From Candidatus Anstonellales archaeon (GTDB lineage: Archaea; Micrarchaeota; Micrarchaeia; Anstonellales; J096), in assembly GCA_038740615.1 (NCBI GenBank), contig JAVYLQ010000001.1, positions 13,865 to 77,864 of the forward strand: 64,000 nucleotides of DNA, given 5' to 3'. Numbering within the stretch: the first letter of the stretch is position 1; each line of letters opens with the position of its first letter. A program made the translations under genes and the position numbers. The notes beneath the pieces were generated by a model. It saw nothing but the letters and a program-made list of their open reading frames with translations. It had not been told where the DNA came from and made no database searches. This document shows, piece by piece, positions 1 to 9,029 of the stretch.

Positions 1-399
1 CTTAGAACTTAGATTTTCAATCCTATAAAGATTGGATAGTTTTATGAGCTCACTATCCACATCATTTTTCAATCTATCATATTCTTGGAGATATATATCT
101 ATATCCATCTGCTGTTCCTGAACTTTAGGTGATGGAGTATCCACTATCTTTTGCTCCAACTTTTCCCATTCTCGTTCCACGTTTGCCTTATCTTTAACCT
201 CACTATCCTTGGGTTCGTCTTTTACCTCATCAGTTTTGATAGGCTCTTTTACAACGATCACAGAACCAGATAGAGATACTAATTTCCAGAAAGACTTTAG
301 ATCAGCATCATATAAATCTTGCTCAGTTATTCTGGTGTTTGATCCAACTATCTTAGCATATCGATCTACATATACTGCGGTCTTGAAAAAATCACTCAT
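1..399 (-). CDS. Partial hypothetical protein (acidic, coiled-coil-like); 5' part only, continues beyond window start
   Basis: Manual translation of the minus strand from an ATG at 399..397 gives MSDFFKTAVYVDRYAKIVGSNTRITEQDLYDADLKSFWKL... This frame stays open to position 1. Its start overlaps the stop of the upstream ATPase gene by 8 nt. Not in the ORF track because no stop falls inside the window. Confidence 0.35.
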   Translation of the reverse strand, partial: MSDFFKTAVYVDRYAKIVGSNTRITEQDLYDADLKSFWKLVSLSGSVIVVKEPIKTDEVKDEPKDSEVKDKANVEREWEKLEQKIVDTPSPKVQEQQMDIDIYLQEYDRLKNDVDSELIKLSNLYRIENLSSK

Positions 400-1870
400 C
401 AAACTCCCACCTTCTATTATTAGCTGCAAATTCAATTATCTCCTCTGGATTCTTGTAATACCTAGATACTAAATAACCAACCCTATCCACATCGAAATAT
501 TCATTGTTCACCATCCAATTTAGAATATGCTCTTTCTCCTTAAGATCTATCATCACCTCCTCCTCTTTCCATCCCAAATACATCTCGAATAGTTCAAAGG
601 TCTTCTTCATTCTCTTTTTCTCATAGGCAGATCTCTTAAAATTCCAGCGATATATTATATTAACCTCTCCATTATCCAACACCTCAGCTATCTCAAAAGT
701 TTTTCTTACATTATTTCTTCTATTCCTCACCTGCACCATTATAGCACCAAGACTATCTAACATCTCCTTAGGCAAATTAATTGGAGGGGTAGTTAATCTG
801 TTTACAGCCTGTGCTGCACTGTCTGCGTGTATCGTTGAATAAACACTGTGTCCAGTTCGCATAGCCTCAAACATAATCTCCGCTTCTCTCTGTCTTCTTA
901 CCTCTCCTACGAGTATTCTGTCTGGTCTCATTCTCAAACTGTTTACTAGTAAATCCAACATACTAACCTCCCCTTTTCCTTCGGGATTTGGTTGCCTAAC
1001 AAGCATTGGAACCCACTGTAAATACTTCGGCAGAGTCAATTCCCTCGTATCTTCTATAGATATTACTCTCTGATTTGCTGGAATGAATTCAGAGATACTA
1101 TTCAATACTGATGTCTTTCCAGATCCAGTTCCCCCAGCTATCAGTACAGATATCTCGTTTTGAACATAGCTCCATATTAGAGCAGCTATCTCTGAACTAA
1201 TTGTACCATTCTTTATCAATCTGGTTATAGACCATGGATTCTTAGAGAATTTCCTTATAGTTATTGTATTCCCCGTGTTTGAGATAGGAAATAGTGTTGC
1301 ATTAACTCTACTACCATCTGGCAAGGTAGCATCTAACAGTGGATTTAGAGTATTTATTTGCCTACCAACTCTTCTAGCTATGGTAGAAGAATAGTTGTAT
1401 ATATCCTCTTCCTTTTTTAATATCAGATTAGTCTTACACCAACCTGCTCTCTTGTGATATACCCAAATAGGCTGATTAGATCCATTAACACATATTTCTT
1501 CTATGTTTTCATCGTAGCTCAAGATCTCCAATTCCCCTAATCCTACTGTAGTTAATAATAGATACTCTGTGAGAATTGTTAGTGATTTTTCATCAATATC
1601 TTTGAAATTTTCCTTGAGAATTTTCTGAGCTACATCTCTATATATCTCTCTAACATATTCGTATTTATTTGGATCTAGAAGGTCTCGTATATCAACGTTG
1701 GCTTTCTTTATCAGATCGTATTTTATCTTATTATCTATTATAACTCTTGTAGCATCGCTTAGTGATGGTATTCTAATCTCATATATCGGTACAAAATCAT
1801 CCTCCGGTTGAGATATGCTTACGTTTATAGGGAATCCTGTTGGACTGACAATAGAATAATCTAATTTCAT
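392..1870 (-). CDS. Type II/IV secretion-system family ATPase (archaeal FlaI/TadA/VirB11-like pilus/secretion ATPase)
   Basis: Walker A GGTGSGKTS; motifs ISIEDTRELTL, RMRPDRILVGEVR and FEAMRTGH typical of GspE/VirB11/FlaI hexameric ATPases; 492 aa. Confidence 0.8.
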   Translation of the reverse strand: MKLDYSIVSPTGFPINVSISQPEDDFVPIYEIRIPSLSDATRVIIDNKIKYDLIKKANVDIRDLLDPNKYEYVREIYRDVAQKILKENFKDIDEKSLTILTEYLLLTTVGLGELEILSYDENIEEICVNGSNQPIWVYHKRAGWCKTNLILKKEEDIYNYSSTIARRVGRQINTLNPLLDATLPDGSRVNATLFPISNTGNTITIRKFSKNPWSITRLIKNGTISSEIAALIWSYVQNEISVLIAGGTGSGKTSVLNSISEFIPANQRVISIEDTRELTLPKYLQWVPMLVRQPNPEGKGEVSMLDLLVNSLRMRPDRILVGEVRRQREAEIMFEAMRTGHSVYSTIHADSAAQAVNRLTTPPINLPKEMLDSLGAIMVQVRNRRNNVRKTFEIAEVLDNGEVNIIYRWNFKRSAYEKKRMKKTFELFEMYLGWKEEEVMIDLKEKEHILNWMVNNEYFDVDRVGYLVSRYYKNPEEIIEFAANNRRWEFDE

Positions 1871-2355
1871 CGTTCTAGTACCACATTTAATATTCCATTT
1901 TTGATGCTCTTATCAACAATCTTGGCCTTATGAAAATCTTCATGAAGAGGGATCTTAATGTTCATCTCATCTGAAACTATATTCAACTTTCCTCTGACGA
2001 TTTCCATATGTAGATCATTGATATCATAATTTTTATTCAACAATACTGTAATGTTCATTCTATTTCCCTCTCTGGATACTTCAAACAGAGGCATATTAAT
2101 GTTCTCTTCTTCAGCAAGCTCTATATTTTTCATATCAAACGATATCCCAAATCCTCTGAACATTCTCTCAATCATCCTATTGAACATCTCCATCTCCCTA
2201 TTGAACCTCTCCATTTCCTCTTTATCAAAATTATTACTAATCTCTATTTTGGGAGGATTGTTGCCGTCTCGTATGATCCTAATGCTAAATTTTCTAACTT
2301 TAAAATTGTCCTTGTCCTCATCCATAATATTCTCACCCATTAATATAATACTCAT
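1867..2355 (-). CDS. Small protein with Hsp20/alpha-crystallin-like C-terminal domain
   Basis: C-terminal region PLFEVSREGNRMNITVLL...KAKIVDKSIKNGILNVVLER resembles the alpha-crystallin domain (..A.l.NGvLtitlpK). Stop overlaps the ATPase start by 4 nt. Confidence 0.45.
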   Translation of the reverse strand: MSIILMGENIMDEDKDNFKVRKFSIRIIRDGNNPPKIEISNNFDKEEMERFNREMEMFNRMIERMFRGFGISFDMKNIELAEEENINMPLFEVSREGNRMNITVLLNKNYDINDLHMEIVRGKLNIVSDEMNIKIPLHEDFHKAKIVDKSIKNGILNVVLER

Positions 2356-2511
2356 ATACGCTTTAAAAGCTTATCAAAACATAAACACACCAGAAAACGC
2401 CTCTAAAATCTAAAGAAACCTATTATTTCTTCTTCTTTTTAGGCATTTTACGCCCACCTAAATATTATATAGGTTTGAAACATTTAAAAACATTATGTTC
2501 TCAAATATAGC

Positions 2512-3141
2512 ATGCTACTCAGAATGAATGGGAAAATATATACAAGAAATTTAACCCCTGGCAAATCAGTTTATGGGGAAAAACTGATCAGATTCAATGA
2601 TGTTGAATATAGAGAATGGGACCCATATCGTAGTAAATTAGCTGGTGCTATCGTCAAAGGCCTAAAAACATTCGAATTCAATTCGGAATCAAAAGTTCTG
2701 TATCTAGGGGCATCTACAGGCACCACAATATCACATATATCAGATATATGTGTAGATGGATCTATATATGCAGTAGAGATATCTAAGCGTATGATGATAG
2801 AGTTATTAAAACTAGCTGATGTGAGGGATAATATAATTCCCATATTAGAAGATGCAAATCATCCAGAGAGATATAAAGAGATAGGTGAGGTGGATATAAT
2901 ATATCAAGATGTTGCCCAACCCAATCAATCTGAGATATTTGTAAAGAATATTAGACAGTTCAAGCCTAAAATAGCATATTTATGTCTAAAAACACAGAGT
3001 ATTGATGTATCCGCAGATCCTAAAGAGATATTAGATGAGGAACTGAATAGAATCGGTTATAAGCCTCTGGAGATAATCGATCTGAATCCTTACGATAAAC
3101 ACCATTATTTTCTAGTTTTTAGGATCTCTCTCGAACACTAA
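2512..3141 (+). CDS. flpA: Fibrillarin-like rRNA/tRNA 2'-O-methyltransferase
   Basis: RNLTPGKSVYGEK, EYREWDPYRSKLAGAI, VLYLGASTGTTISHISDI: classic fibrillarin/SAM-binding motifs. Alternative start at 2524 (MNGKIY). Confidence 0.85.
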   Translation: MLLRMNGKIYTRNLTPGKSVYGEKLIRFNDVEYREWDPYRSKLAGAIVKGLKTFEFNSESKVLYLGASTGTTISHISDICVDGSIYAVEISKRMMIELLKLADVRDNIIPILEDANHPERYKEIGEVDIIYQDVAQPNQSEIFVKNIRQFKPKIAYLCLKTQSIDVSADPKEILDEELNRIGYKPLEIIDLNPYDKHHYFLVFRISLEH

Positions 3142-4278
3142 TAACATAGATTTTGTCTGTTCATTTAGAAGAGCCTCTATAAGAGCTGATTTTGGAACGA
3201 GAGAGCTATCAATACCCTTTCCCTCACTTACATATATAAATATATCCTCATCGCTCTCCAAAACATCCAATTCAGAACGATTGTCTGGGTCAATCTGTCT
3301 ATAAACATCTAATCTCCTATTCATAATATCCAACGCCCAAGTTCTAATTTTTCTATCCTCAGCTCTAGACAATTTCCATAGGACCACATCATCTCCAGAA
3401 TTTATAATATCCTCTAAAGTTAGTACCTCATGCTTTAGAGCCCTATATATAAGCTTCCTCAATATAGCCGCTGCCTTCAGAACCTTATTATGGTTGTATA
3501 CATTCTGAAACATCATGTATCTACCTATCAACATGGCCTCTATACTCTTAGAACCTTCGATATGAATTTTCCAACTATTCTGTTCTCTCCAGTTAGGATT
3601 TACCAATAGTATGTTTTTCAATATAAAATCTGTTTCTATAACTCCGTAGGAAGTTCCTGTATAGTATGCATCTCTAACAAGATAATCCAATCTATCTAGA
3701 CCTGCATCAAAACTGATTAGAGGAACCTCTAACAGCTCAAAATCCGAAGGTAATTTCAAATTTTTACCAATATCATCTATAATAAGTTGACTCAGAGCCA
3801 TACCCAGCTGTTCATGAAATTTGTGATTTGGTTTACCATTATTGTCTTTGAGATCTTCGACTTTAACACATTGCTTTTCTCGCTCAAAATGAGCCTTAAT
3901 CTCACCACTATACATCAACCCAAGTACGTGTTCTGCATCATGTGAAAAAGCTACATGACCAACATCATGGAGTAATGCATAGTATCGAGATTGTTGAATC
4001 AGGGCTCTTCTCTCATTTTCAGATAATTTCTGATAATATGTTCTTTTTGTTCTATCTCTGGCTTGCATGATATTCTGAATGTGGAAATACTTCTCTACTA
4101 GACCATAAACCCCTAAGGAATGTTCATATCTTGTATGAGTAGCTCCAGGATATATGAGATATGCTAAAGACAGCTGTTTTATCCTTCTGAGTCTATTCAT
4201 GATAGGATGGTTTAGTAGGTATTTAAACTCTTGTGGAAAATATATCATACCATGTATTGGGTCTTTTATACTGATCAT
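3112..4278 (-). CDS. HD-domain dNTP triphosphohydrolase-like protein (dGTPase/SAMHD1 family)
   Basis: DPIHGMIYF, RLRRIKQL, HTRYEHSLGV, HDVGHVAFSHDAEH, LDYLVRDAYYTG motifs of the dGTPase/SAMHD1 HD family. Confidence 0.7.
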   Translation of the reverse strand: MISIKDPIHGMIYFPQEFKYLLNHPIMNRLRRIKQLSLAYLIYPGATHTRYEHSLGVYGLVEKYFHIQNIMQARDRTKRTYYQKLSENERRALIQQSRYYALLHDVGHVAFSHDAEHVLGLMYSGEIKAHFEREKQCVKVEDLKDNNGKPNHKFHEQLGMALSQLIIDDIGKNLKLPSDFELLEVPLISFDAGLDRLDYLVRDAYYTGTSYGVIETDFILKNILLVNPNWREQNSWKIHIEGSKSIEAMLIGRYMMFQNVYNHNKVLKAAAILRKLIYRALKHEVLTLEDIINSGDDVVLWKLSRAEDRKIRTWALDIMNRRLDVYRQIDPDNRSELDVLESDEDIFIYVSEGKGIDSSLVPKSALIEALLNEQTKSMLLVFERDPKN

Positions 4279-4994
4279 ATTCTCTTAAACACATCAGGTT
4301 GCTCTTCCATACATTCCCCTTGATCAGCTAGAATTACTAGTATTATCCTTACCATTTGGCTAGGAAGACCTGTTTTTTCAGAGATCTTATTGATATGGGT
4401 TGGATATTTTATCAACCTAACTATTCTATCTCGATTCTTTTCAAATAGCTCTCTTCTTATTAAGTATAATTGATTATCAATAGGATTCAAAAAAATTATA
4501 AACCTATCTATATCATCTCTCTTCTTTATTATTTCCATATCTGATGCGGAAAATATTCCATATTCTAACTTAGGATCTGTCAGATTCTTAGTATGAGATA
4601 CAATCTTCATAGCTTCATAAATATCCTTAGGTATACTAATATTTCCATTTGGCAATAGTCTTATCAAATTCTTATCTAGAAGACTTTTCAAAATCTTTAG
4701 TTCATTCTGTGATAGTTCCTTCCTCAGATAGTCTAGATTTCTATTTTTATAGAATATCAAAGAGACCTTCCATAGAAGATCTAACTGTTCTGGAGACAAT
4801 TCTTTGAGTAATTTCTCAGATTTTGGACTAAGTTTAGATTTTCCCTTAGTTTCCAAATCTTCAATCGTCTCAATCATCTTGGGTTCAATGCTGGATAGAT
4901 CTTTCTTAACAATAAGTATCACATTATCATTCAGAAAATATGCTTCAAATCCTAAGGCCTTGATTTTGTTAATATAATCATGTATAGTCTCCAT
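4275..4994 (-). CDS. Hypothetical protein with C-terminal HTH-like segment, translationally coupled to the HD dNTPase
   Basis: 239 aa; C-terminus INKISEKTGLPSQMVRIILVILADQGEC resembles a helix-turn-helix; stop overlaps the HD gene start by 4 nt. Confidence 0.4.
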   Translation of the reverse strand: METIHDYINKIKALGFEAYFLNDNVILIVKKDLSSIEPKMIETIEDLETKGKSKLSPKSEKLLKELSPEQLDLLWKVSLIFYKNRNLDYLRKELSQNELKILKSLLDKNLIRLLPNGNISIPKDIYEAMKIVSHTKNLTDPKLEYGIFSASDMEIIKKRDDIDRFIIFLNPIDNQLYLIRRELFEKNRDRIVRLIKYPTHINKISEKTGLPSQMVRIILVILADQGECMEEQPDVFKRI

Positions 4995-5210
4995 ATTTTA
5001 AATATTCCCGCATATAAATTTAAAGTTAATATATAAAATTAAAATTATAAATGTGATGAACACTGGATATTCTGATGTGATGATGAGAAATTTGAGTACT
5101 GATGATTATGGGGAGATTAATTAGAGGATTGTTCACAATAATAATCATGCTAATTGCAGAAGGAATTCTAGAATTATTATTTATCGTATTCAGATTCCTA
5201 AAGAGATAAA

Positions 5211-6362
5211 TCAATCTGATCGTTTCATATTTTCAATATGTTCTAACAATCTCCTACCTTCCTCTTCATCTACTTGTCTTGTACCTTTACCAACTTTGCT
5301 CACACTTATCCTATCATACCCATTATCTCTTAAGACGTTCACTATTTTCTGGACATACTCTTGTGTAGTGAATATGATTGGATTTGGCCCGGCATCAAAA
5401 GAATAAGCTGCTATATTTCTCCCATGATTCTGGTTGAGTTCAATTATCAACTCCGCTACTCTATGGCTAGCATCATTCATATATACTATTCTTGGATAAC
5501 TCCTAAGCATCGATGAGTGTAGTCCATCAGATGCTTTCATAGTCAATTCCCAAACTCTAGGATAATCTTTACTTCTCATAGCACTGATTAGATGAGGTAA
5601 TAGAATATATTCCTCGTATTTAACCCAATCCCAATACAGAGGATCTGTCCTGGTAGTTATCTCCATCCCCTCTCTACTACTAATATTTTTCTTAGCTGAA
5701 TTAACAGTAACGATTATTATTCTTAGATCATCCAGTTCTTCAGCCGGTATTAATGATTCTGCATAGCTACTTTTCAGTATCACATCACGATCAAATCCCA
5801 ACTGAGAGTAGTTTCTGAGTTGGTACATATCAAATCCTCTATACCAAACCACGAATCCTCCTGATGATGGAATGCTTCTAGATGCAGAACCAGATAGCTG
5901 TGCAGCATATATAGATAGAGTTCTCTCATCTAAATTTTGAAACTCTGGAATTACTTTATAGAATGCATATGCTAGCGCAGAGAATCCAGAGGCAGATGAT
6001 GCTAATCCTGCTCCTGTAGGGAAGTCATTCGCAGATCGTATTTTATAATTATATTTATACAAACTACTCAAACCAGATACAATTGCTAGATTTCTAATAA
6101 ACTCTTCCACATTACTCCATTCCTTAGAATTTTGGCTAATCTTCTCCCCATCTAGATAGAATTCAAGTAATTTTCCACTACCATTAGGAATTATGGTAAG
6201 CTCAGTAATAGTTTTGTAGCTATCAGCTATAAGAGATGCTGAAGATTTTGTAGGGTATCTGGGAATATCTAGATCCCCTATTATCTCCTTTGGCATAACT
6301 CCCCAATACTTAACCAGAGCTAGATTGGGATGAGATAATACATAAACGGTCTTCTCAGTCAT
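5211..6362 (-). CDS. Diphosphomevalonate decarboxylase family enzyme (GHMP kinase fold). Possibly the Thermoplasma-type mevalonate-3-kinase or bisphosphomevalonate decarboxylase.
   Basis: LALVKYWGV, PTGAGLASSASGFSALA, SGSASRS: MVD/GHMP signatures; 383 aa. Confidence 0.75.
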   Translation of the reverse strand: MTEKTVYVLSHPNLALVKYWGVMPKEIIGDLDIPRYPTKSSASLIADSYKTITELTIIPNGSGKLLEFYLDGEKISQNSKEWSNVEEFIRNLAIVSGLSSLYKYNYKIRSANDFPTGAGLASSASGFSALAYAFYKVIPEFQNLDERTLSIYAAQLSGSASRSIPSSGGFVVWYRGFDMYQLRNYSQLGFDRDVILKSSYAESLIPAEELDDLRIIIVTVNSAKKNISSREGMEITTRTDPLYWDWVKYEEYILLPHLISAMRSKDYPRVWELTMKASDGLHSSMLRSYPRIVYMNDASHRVAELIIELNQNHGRNIAAYSFDAGPNPIIFTTQEYVQKIVNVLRDNGYDRISVSKVGKGTRQVDEEEGRRLLEHIENMKRSD

Positions 6363-6405
6363 GTGTTAGTATTCTATAAATAAGATTATAAAGAGCTATG
6401 TTATA

Positions 6406-6493
6406 TCCCGTCGGAGGGATTTGAACCCCCAACCTCCCGGTAACAACGATTTCCTCACTACAGCCGGGCGCTCTACCGTTGAGCTACGACGGG
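6406..6493 (-). tRNA. tRNA-Tyr (anticodon GUA) with a 16-nt intron at the canonical 37/38 position
   Basis: The reverse complement folds as a cloverleaf. Acceptor CCCGTCG/CGACGGG, D stem GCTC/GAGC, anticodon stem CCCGG/CCGGG with loop CUGUAG[TGAGGAAATCGTTGTT]A, T arm GGGGG-TTCAAAT-CCCTC, discriminator A, no encoded CCA. Confidence 0.85.
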
Positions 6494-6549
6494 TCTGTTT
6501 GTTTTATAAGTACATGTTTTTTAAAATCTAACTCTGGATAGATAAACTC

Positions 6550-7632
6550 ATGTTGACTGAGATATATTCAATACTTAAGATAGAAATATTTGGCAATACT
6601 GTTGAACAATATCTCCTATTTTTTATAAGTCTATTTGTCCTGACTACTATATTCAGAATATTCAAAGAGGTGATATTAGTATCTCTAAGGAAAATAGCTG
6701 AAAGATCAACAACGAAATATGATAACTATCTTATAGATGCAATCTCAGAGCTAAAATGGCCATTTTATACTTGGATATCATTACATCTCTCGCTTCAGGT
6801 TCTTACTCTACCCAAATCATTCAGTATTTTCTTAGATATTCTAGCTATTATAATGATAGCTTACTATATATCAAAAGCTCTATTGAAATTCATAGAATTA
6901 GTAATTAAAGATTGGAATTCCAGAGCAGATCCTGAAGATAGAGTTGAGGATAATGTTATAGATCTTGTTGTAAATGTGGTTAGGATTGTTATAATAGTAT
7001 TTGCCATAGTAACAGTACTAACGAATCTGGGGATAGATACAACTGCATTAATAACAGGATTGGGAATTGGGGGTCTTGCAGTTGCATTTGCATTTCAGCG
7101 TATAATGGAGGATATCTTTGCCTTTTTCATGATACATATAGATAAACCTATAAAGAAAGGGGAATTTATAGTTGTGGGGAATTATGCAGGTACTGTTGAG
7201 AGAATTGGACTCAAATCTACCAGATTGAGATCTAGAAGTGGAGAAGAGATTGTAGTATCAAACAAAGATCTATTGAATTCTTGGATCAATAATTTTGGTA
7301 GGATGAGTGAGAGAAGGTATCTACTTAGAATAGGTGTTACGTATGACACTCCTGCCGATAAGTTGGAGAGAATTCCTAAAATACTAGAAGAGGAAATAAT
7401 CCGAGCTAGCAACGAACTGAAGATCAATCGAATTCACTTTGTATCATATGGGGATTTCAGTTTGATATTTGAAGCTTATATTTCAATATATAAGGTTGAT
7501 TATGTAGAATATTTGAATGTAGTTCAACAGATCAATCTGAATATAAAAAGGAGATTTGATCAGGAAGGAATATCATTCGCATTCCCTAGTCAATCTATAT
7601 ATATAGAGAAGATGCCTAAGGAAAAGATTTAA
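6550..7632 (+). CDS. Mechanosensitive ion channel, MscS family
   Basis: N-terminal TM helices then GLGIGGLAVAFAFQ and the beta-domain region (GTVERIGLKSTRLRSRSGEEIVVSN), typical of MscS. Confidence 0.85.
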   Translation: MLTEIYSILKIEIFGNTVEQYLLFFISLFVLTTIFRIFKEVILVSLRKIAERSTTKYDNYLIDAISELKWPFYTWISLHLSLQVLTLPKSFSIFLDILAIIMIAYYISKALLKFIELVIKDWNSRADPEDRVEDNVIDLVVNVVRIVIIVFAIVTVLTNLGIDTTALITGLGIGGLAVAFAFQRIMEDIFAFFMIHIDKPIKKGEFIVVGNYAGTVERIGLKSTRLRSRSGEEIVVSNKDLLNSWINNFGRMSERRYLLRIGVTYDTPADKLERIPKILEEEIIRASNELKINRIHFVSYGDFSLIFEAYISIYKVDYVEYLNVVQQINLNIKRRFDQEGISFAFPSQSIYIEKMPKEKI

Positions 7633-7637
7633 AAATA
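7628..7637 (+). promoter_or_regulatory. Putative archaeal TATA box (TTTAAAAATA) about 27 nt upstream of the 5S rRNA 5' end
   Basis: A/T-rich octamer at the canonical -26/-27 distance from the predicted 5S start; positional argument only. Confidence 0.3.
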
Positions 7638-7658
7638 TTTTGTATAAATAGAACAACA

Positions 7659-7771
<113 letters not shown>

Positions 7772-7801
7772 CTTTTTAAGATTATTCTATATAGAACTAT
7801 T

Positions 7802-9016
7802 ATGTTAGGAACTTCTGGAATCAGAGGTAAATACGGGGAAAAGATCACTCCTAGTCTGATCTATAGAGTTTCCAACCAGTTTGCTCAAGATCACAAGAGA
7901 ATCTATATAGGACATGATATAAGAGATAGTTCACCAGCTCTATACTATTCTGCTGTTTCCGGAGCTTTAGCTAGTGGGGCAGAAGTATATATGATTGATA
8001 CCGTGCCAACTGGAATAATGGGATTCAGTTATCCTGGAATTATGATAACTGCTTCACACAATCCCGAAGAGGATAATGGGATCAAGTTTTTCAGAGATGG
8101 AAGAGAAATTACAAAGGAAGAAGGGGAGTTTTTAAACAGAGAGATTATAGAGAGCAAACATGGGATAATTGTTCAGGATTATCAGAACATCATTTATGAG
8201 AGATATCTTGCTGCTCTCGAGGAGAGTTTTGAATTTGATTTCAGCATAGAACCTATAGATCTTAACTCTTCTGCGTATACTTTTTTCAACTACTACATCC
8301 AAAGAACCAGAATAAGATTAAGATTGATAGATAATGTTCCATACTTTTTGAGGAAGAGTGAACCAATTCAACAGAATGTGAAAATCGATAGAGGCTTCAT
8401 GCTAGATGGGGATGGTGATAGAGTAGTTCTAGTTAGAAATGGAAATATAGTTGATGGAGATCGAATGTTTGCAGGTATGGCAAAATATATGAACGAAACT
8501 AGAGGCACAGATGTGTTAGCAGTTACTGTTGAATGTCCTATAGCCATCAAAAATTTCCTAAGCGAATATTACAAAATACACGTTACACCAGTAGGATCTA
8601 ATTATATCTCTAGTATCCTAATGAATTATAAGGATAGAGGATTTGGAGGGGAGCCAAATGGCCATTATATCATACCAAAATTCAATTTGGTTAGTGATGG
8701 AATTGGTGGAATGGCCCTTATCACTGAGATGTTGAAAAGAGAATATCCATTACCAGATATATCCTATAGAGTGATAAGAAAGAAGTATCCTGTATCTGAT
8801 AAAATAGAGACTATGAAAAGAATAAAATCTAAGCTAAACGGTGAATATCTGGAGATTGACGGGATTCTGATAGAAACAGAGGATATTAAAATATTGATTC
8901 GACCTAGTGGTACAGAGAGCATTTTAAGATTAACTGTAGAAGCTCCTCCTGATAAGATAGATGAGATTTTGGATAAATATGAGAGTATAATTCTAGAAAG
9001 TATTAAAAATCCATAG
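7802..9016 (+). CDS. Phosphohexomutase (phosphoglucomutase/phosphomannomutase/GlmM-like)
   Basis: GTSGIRG N-terminal motif, TASHNPEEDNGIKFF active-site Ser loop, GDGDR metal-binding loop. Start moved to the Met preceding LGTSGIRG; the track ORF begins at 7748, upstream of that Met. Confidence 0.8.
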   Translation: MLGTSGIRGKYGEKITPSLIYRVSNQFAQDHKRIYIGHDIRDSSPALYYSAVSGALASGAEVYMIDTVPTGIMGFSYPGIMITASHNPEEDNGIKFFRDGREITKEEGEFLNREIIESKHGIIVQDYQNIIYERYLAALEESFEFDFSIEPIDLNSSAYTFFNYYIQRTRIRLRLIDNVPYFLRKSEPIQQNVKIDRGFMLDGDGDRVVLVRNGNIVDGDRMFAGMAKYMNETRGTDVLAVTVECPIAIKNFLSEYYKIHVTPVGSNYISSILMNYKDRGFGGEPNGHYIIPKFNLVSDGIGGMALITEMLKREYPLPDISYRVIRKKYPVSDKIETMKRIKSKLNGEYLEIDGILIETEDIKILIRPSGTESILRLTVEAPPDKIDEILDKYESIILESIKNP

Positions 9017-9029
9017 CTGATATTAAAAC

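Noticed and set aside
209-472. 87-aa plus-strand ORF at the window start
   Set aside because: It lies antisense to a continuous minus-strand reading frame (the partial gene 1..399 and the ATPase 3' end). It is low-complexity with no motif, so it is almost certainly a shadow ORF.
2051-2843. Antisense ORFs 2051..2413 (+) and 2571..2843 (-)
   Set aside because: They overlap the confidently assigned Hsp20-like and fibrillarin genes on the opposite strand. They have Ser/Ile/Leu-rich low-complexity translations typical of antisense frames in AT-rich DNA.
5026-5214. 62-aa ORF in the AT-rich spacer between the MVD-family gene and the HTH-tailed gene
   Set aside because: It is composed largely of Ile/Asn/His runs and sits in a probable promoter region; there is no coding signature.
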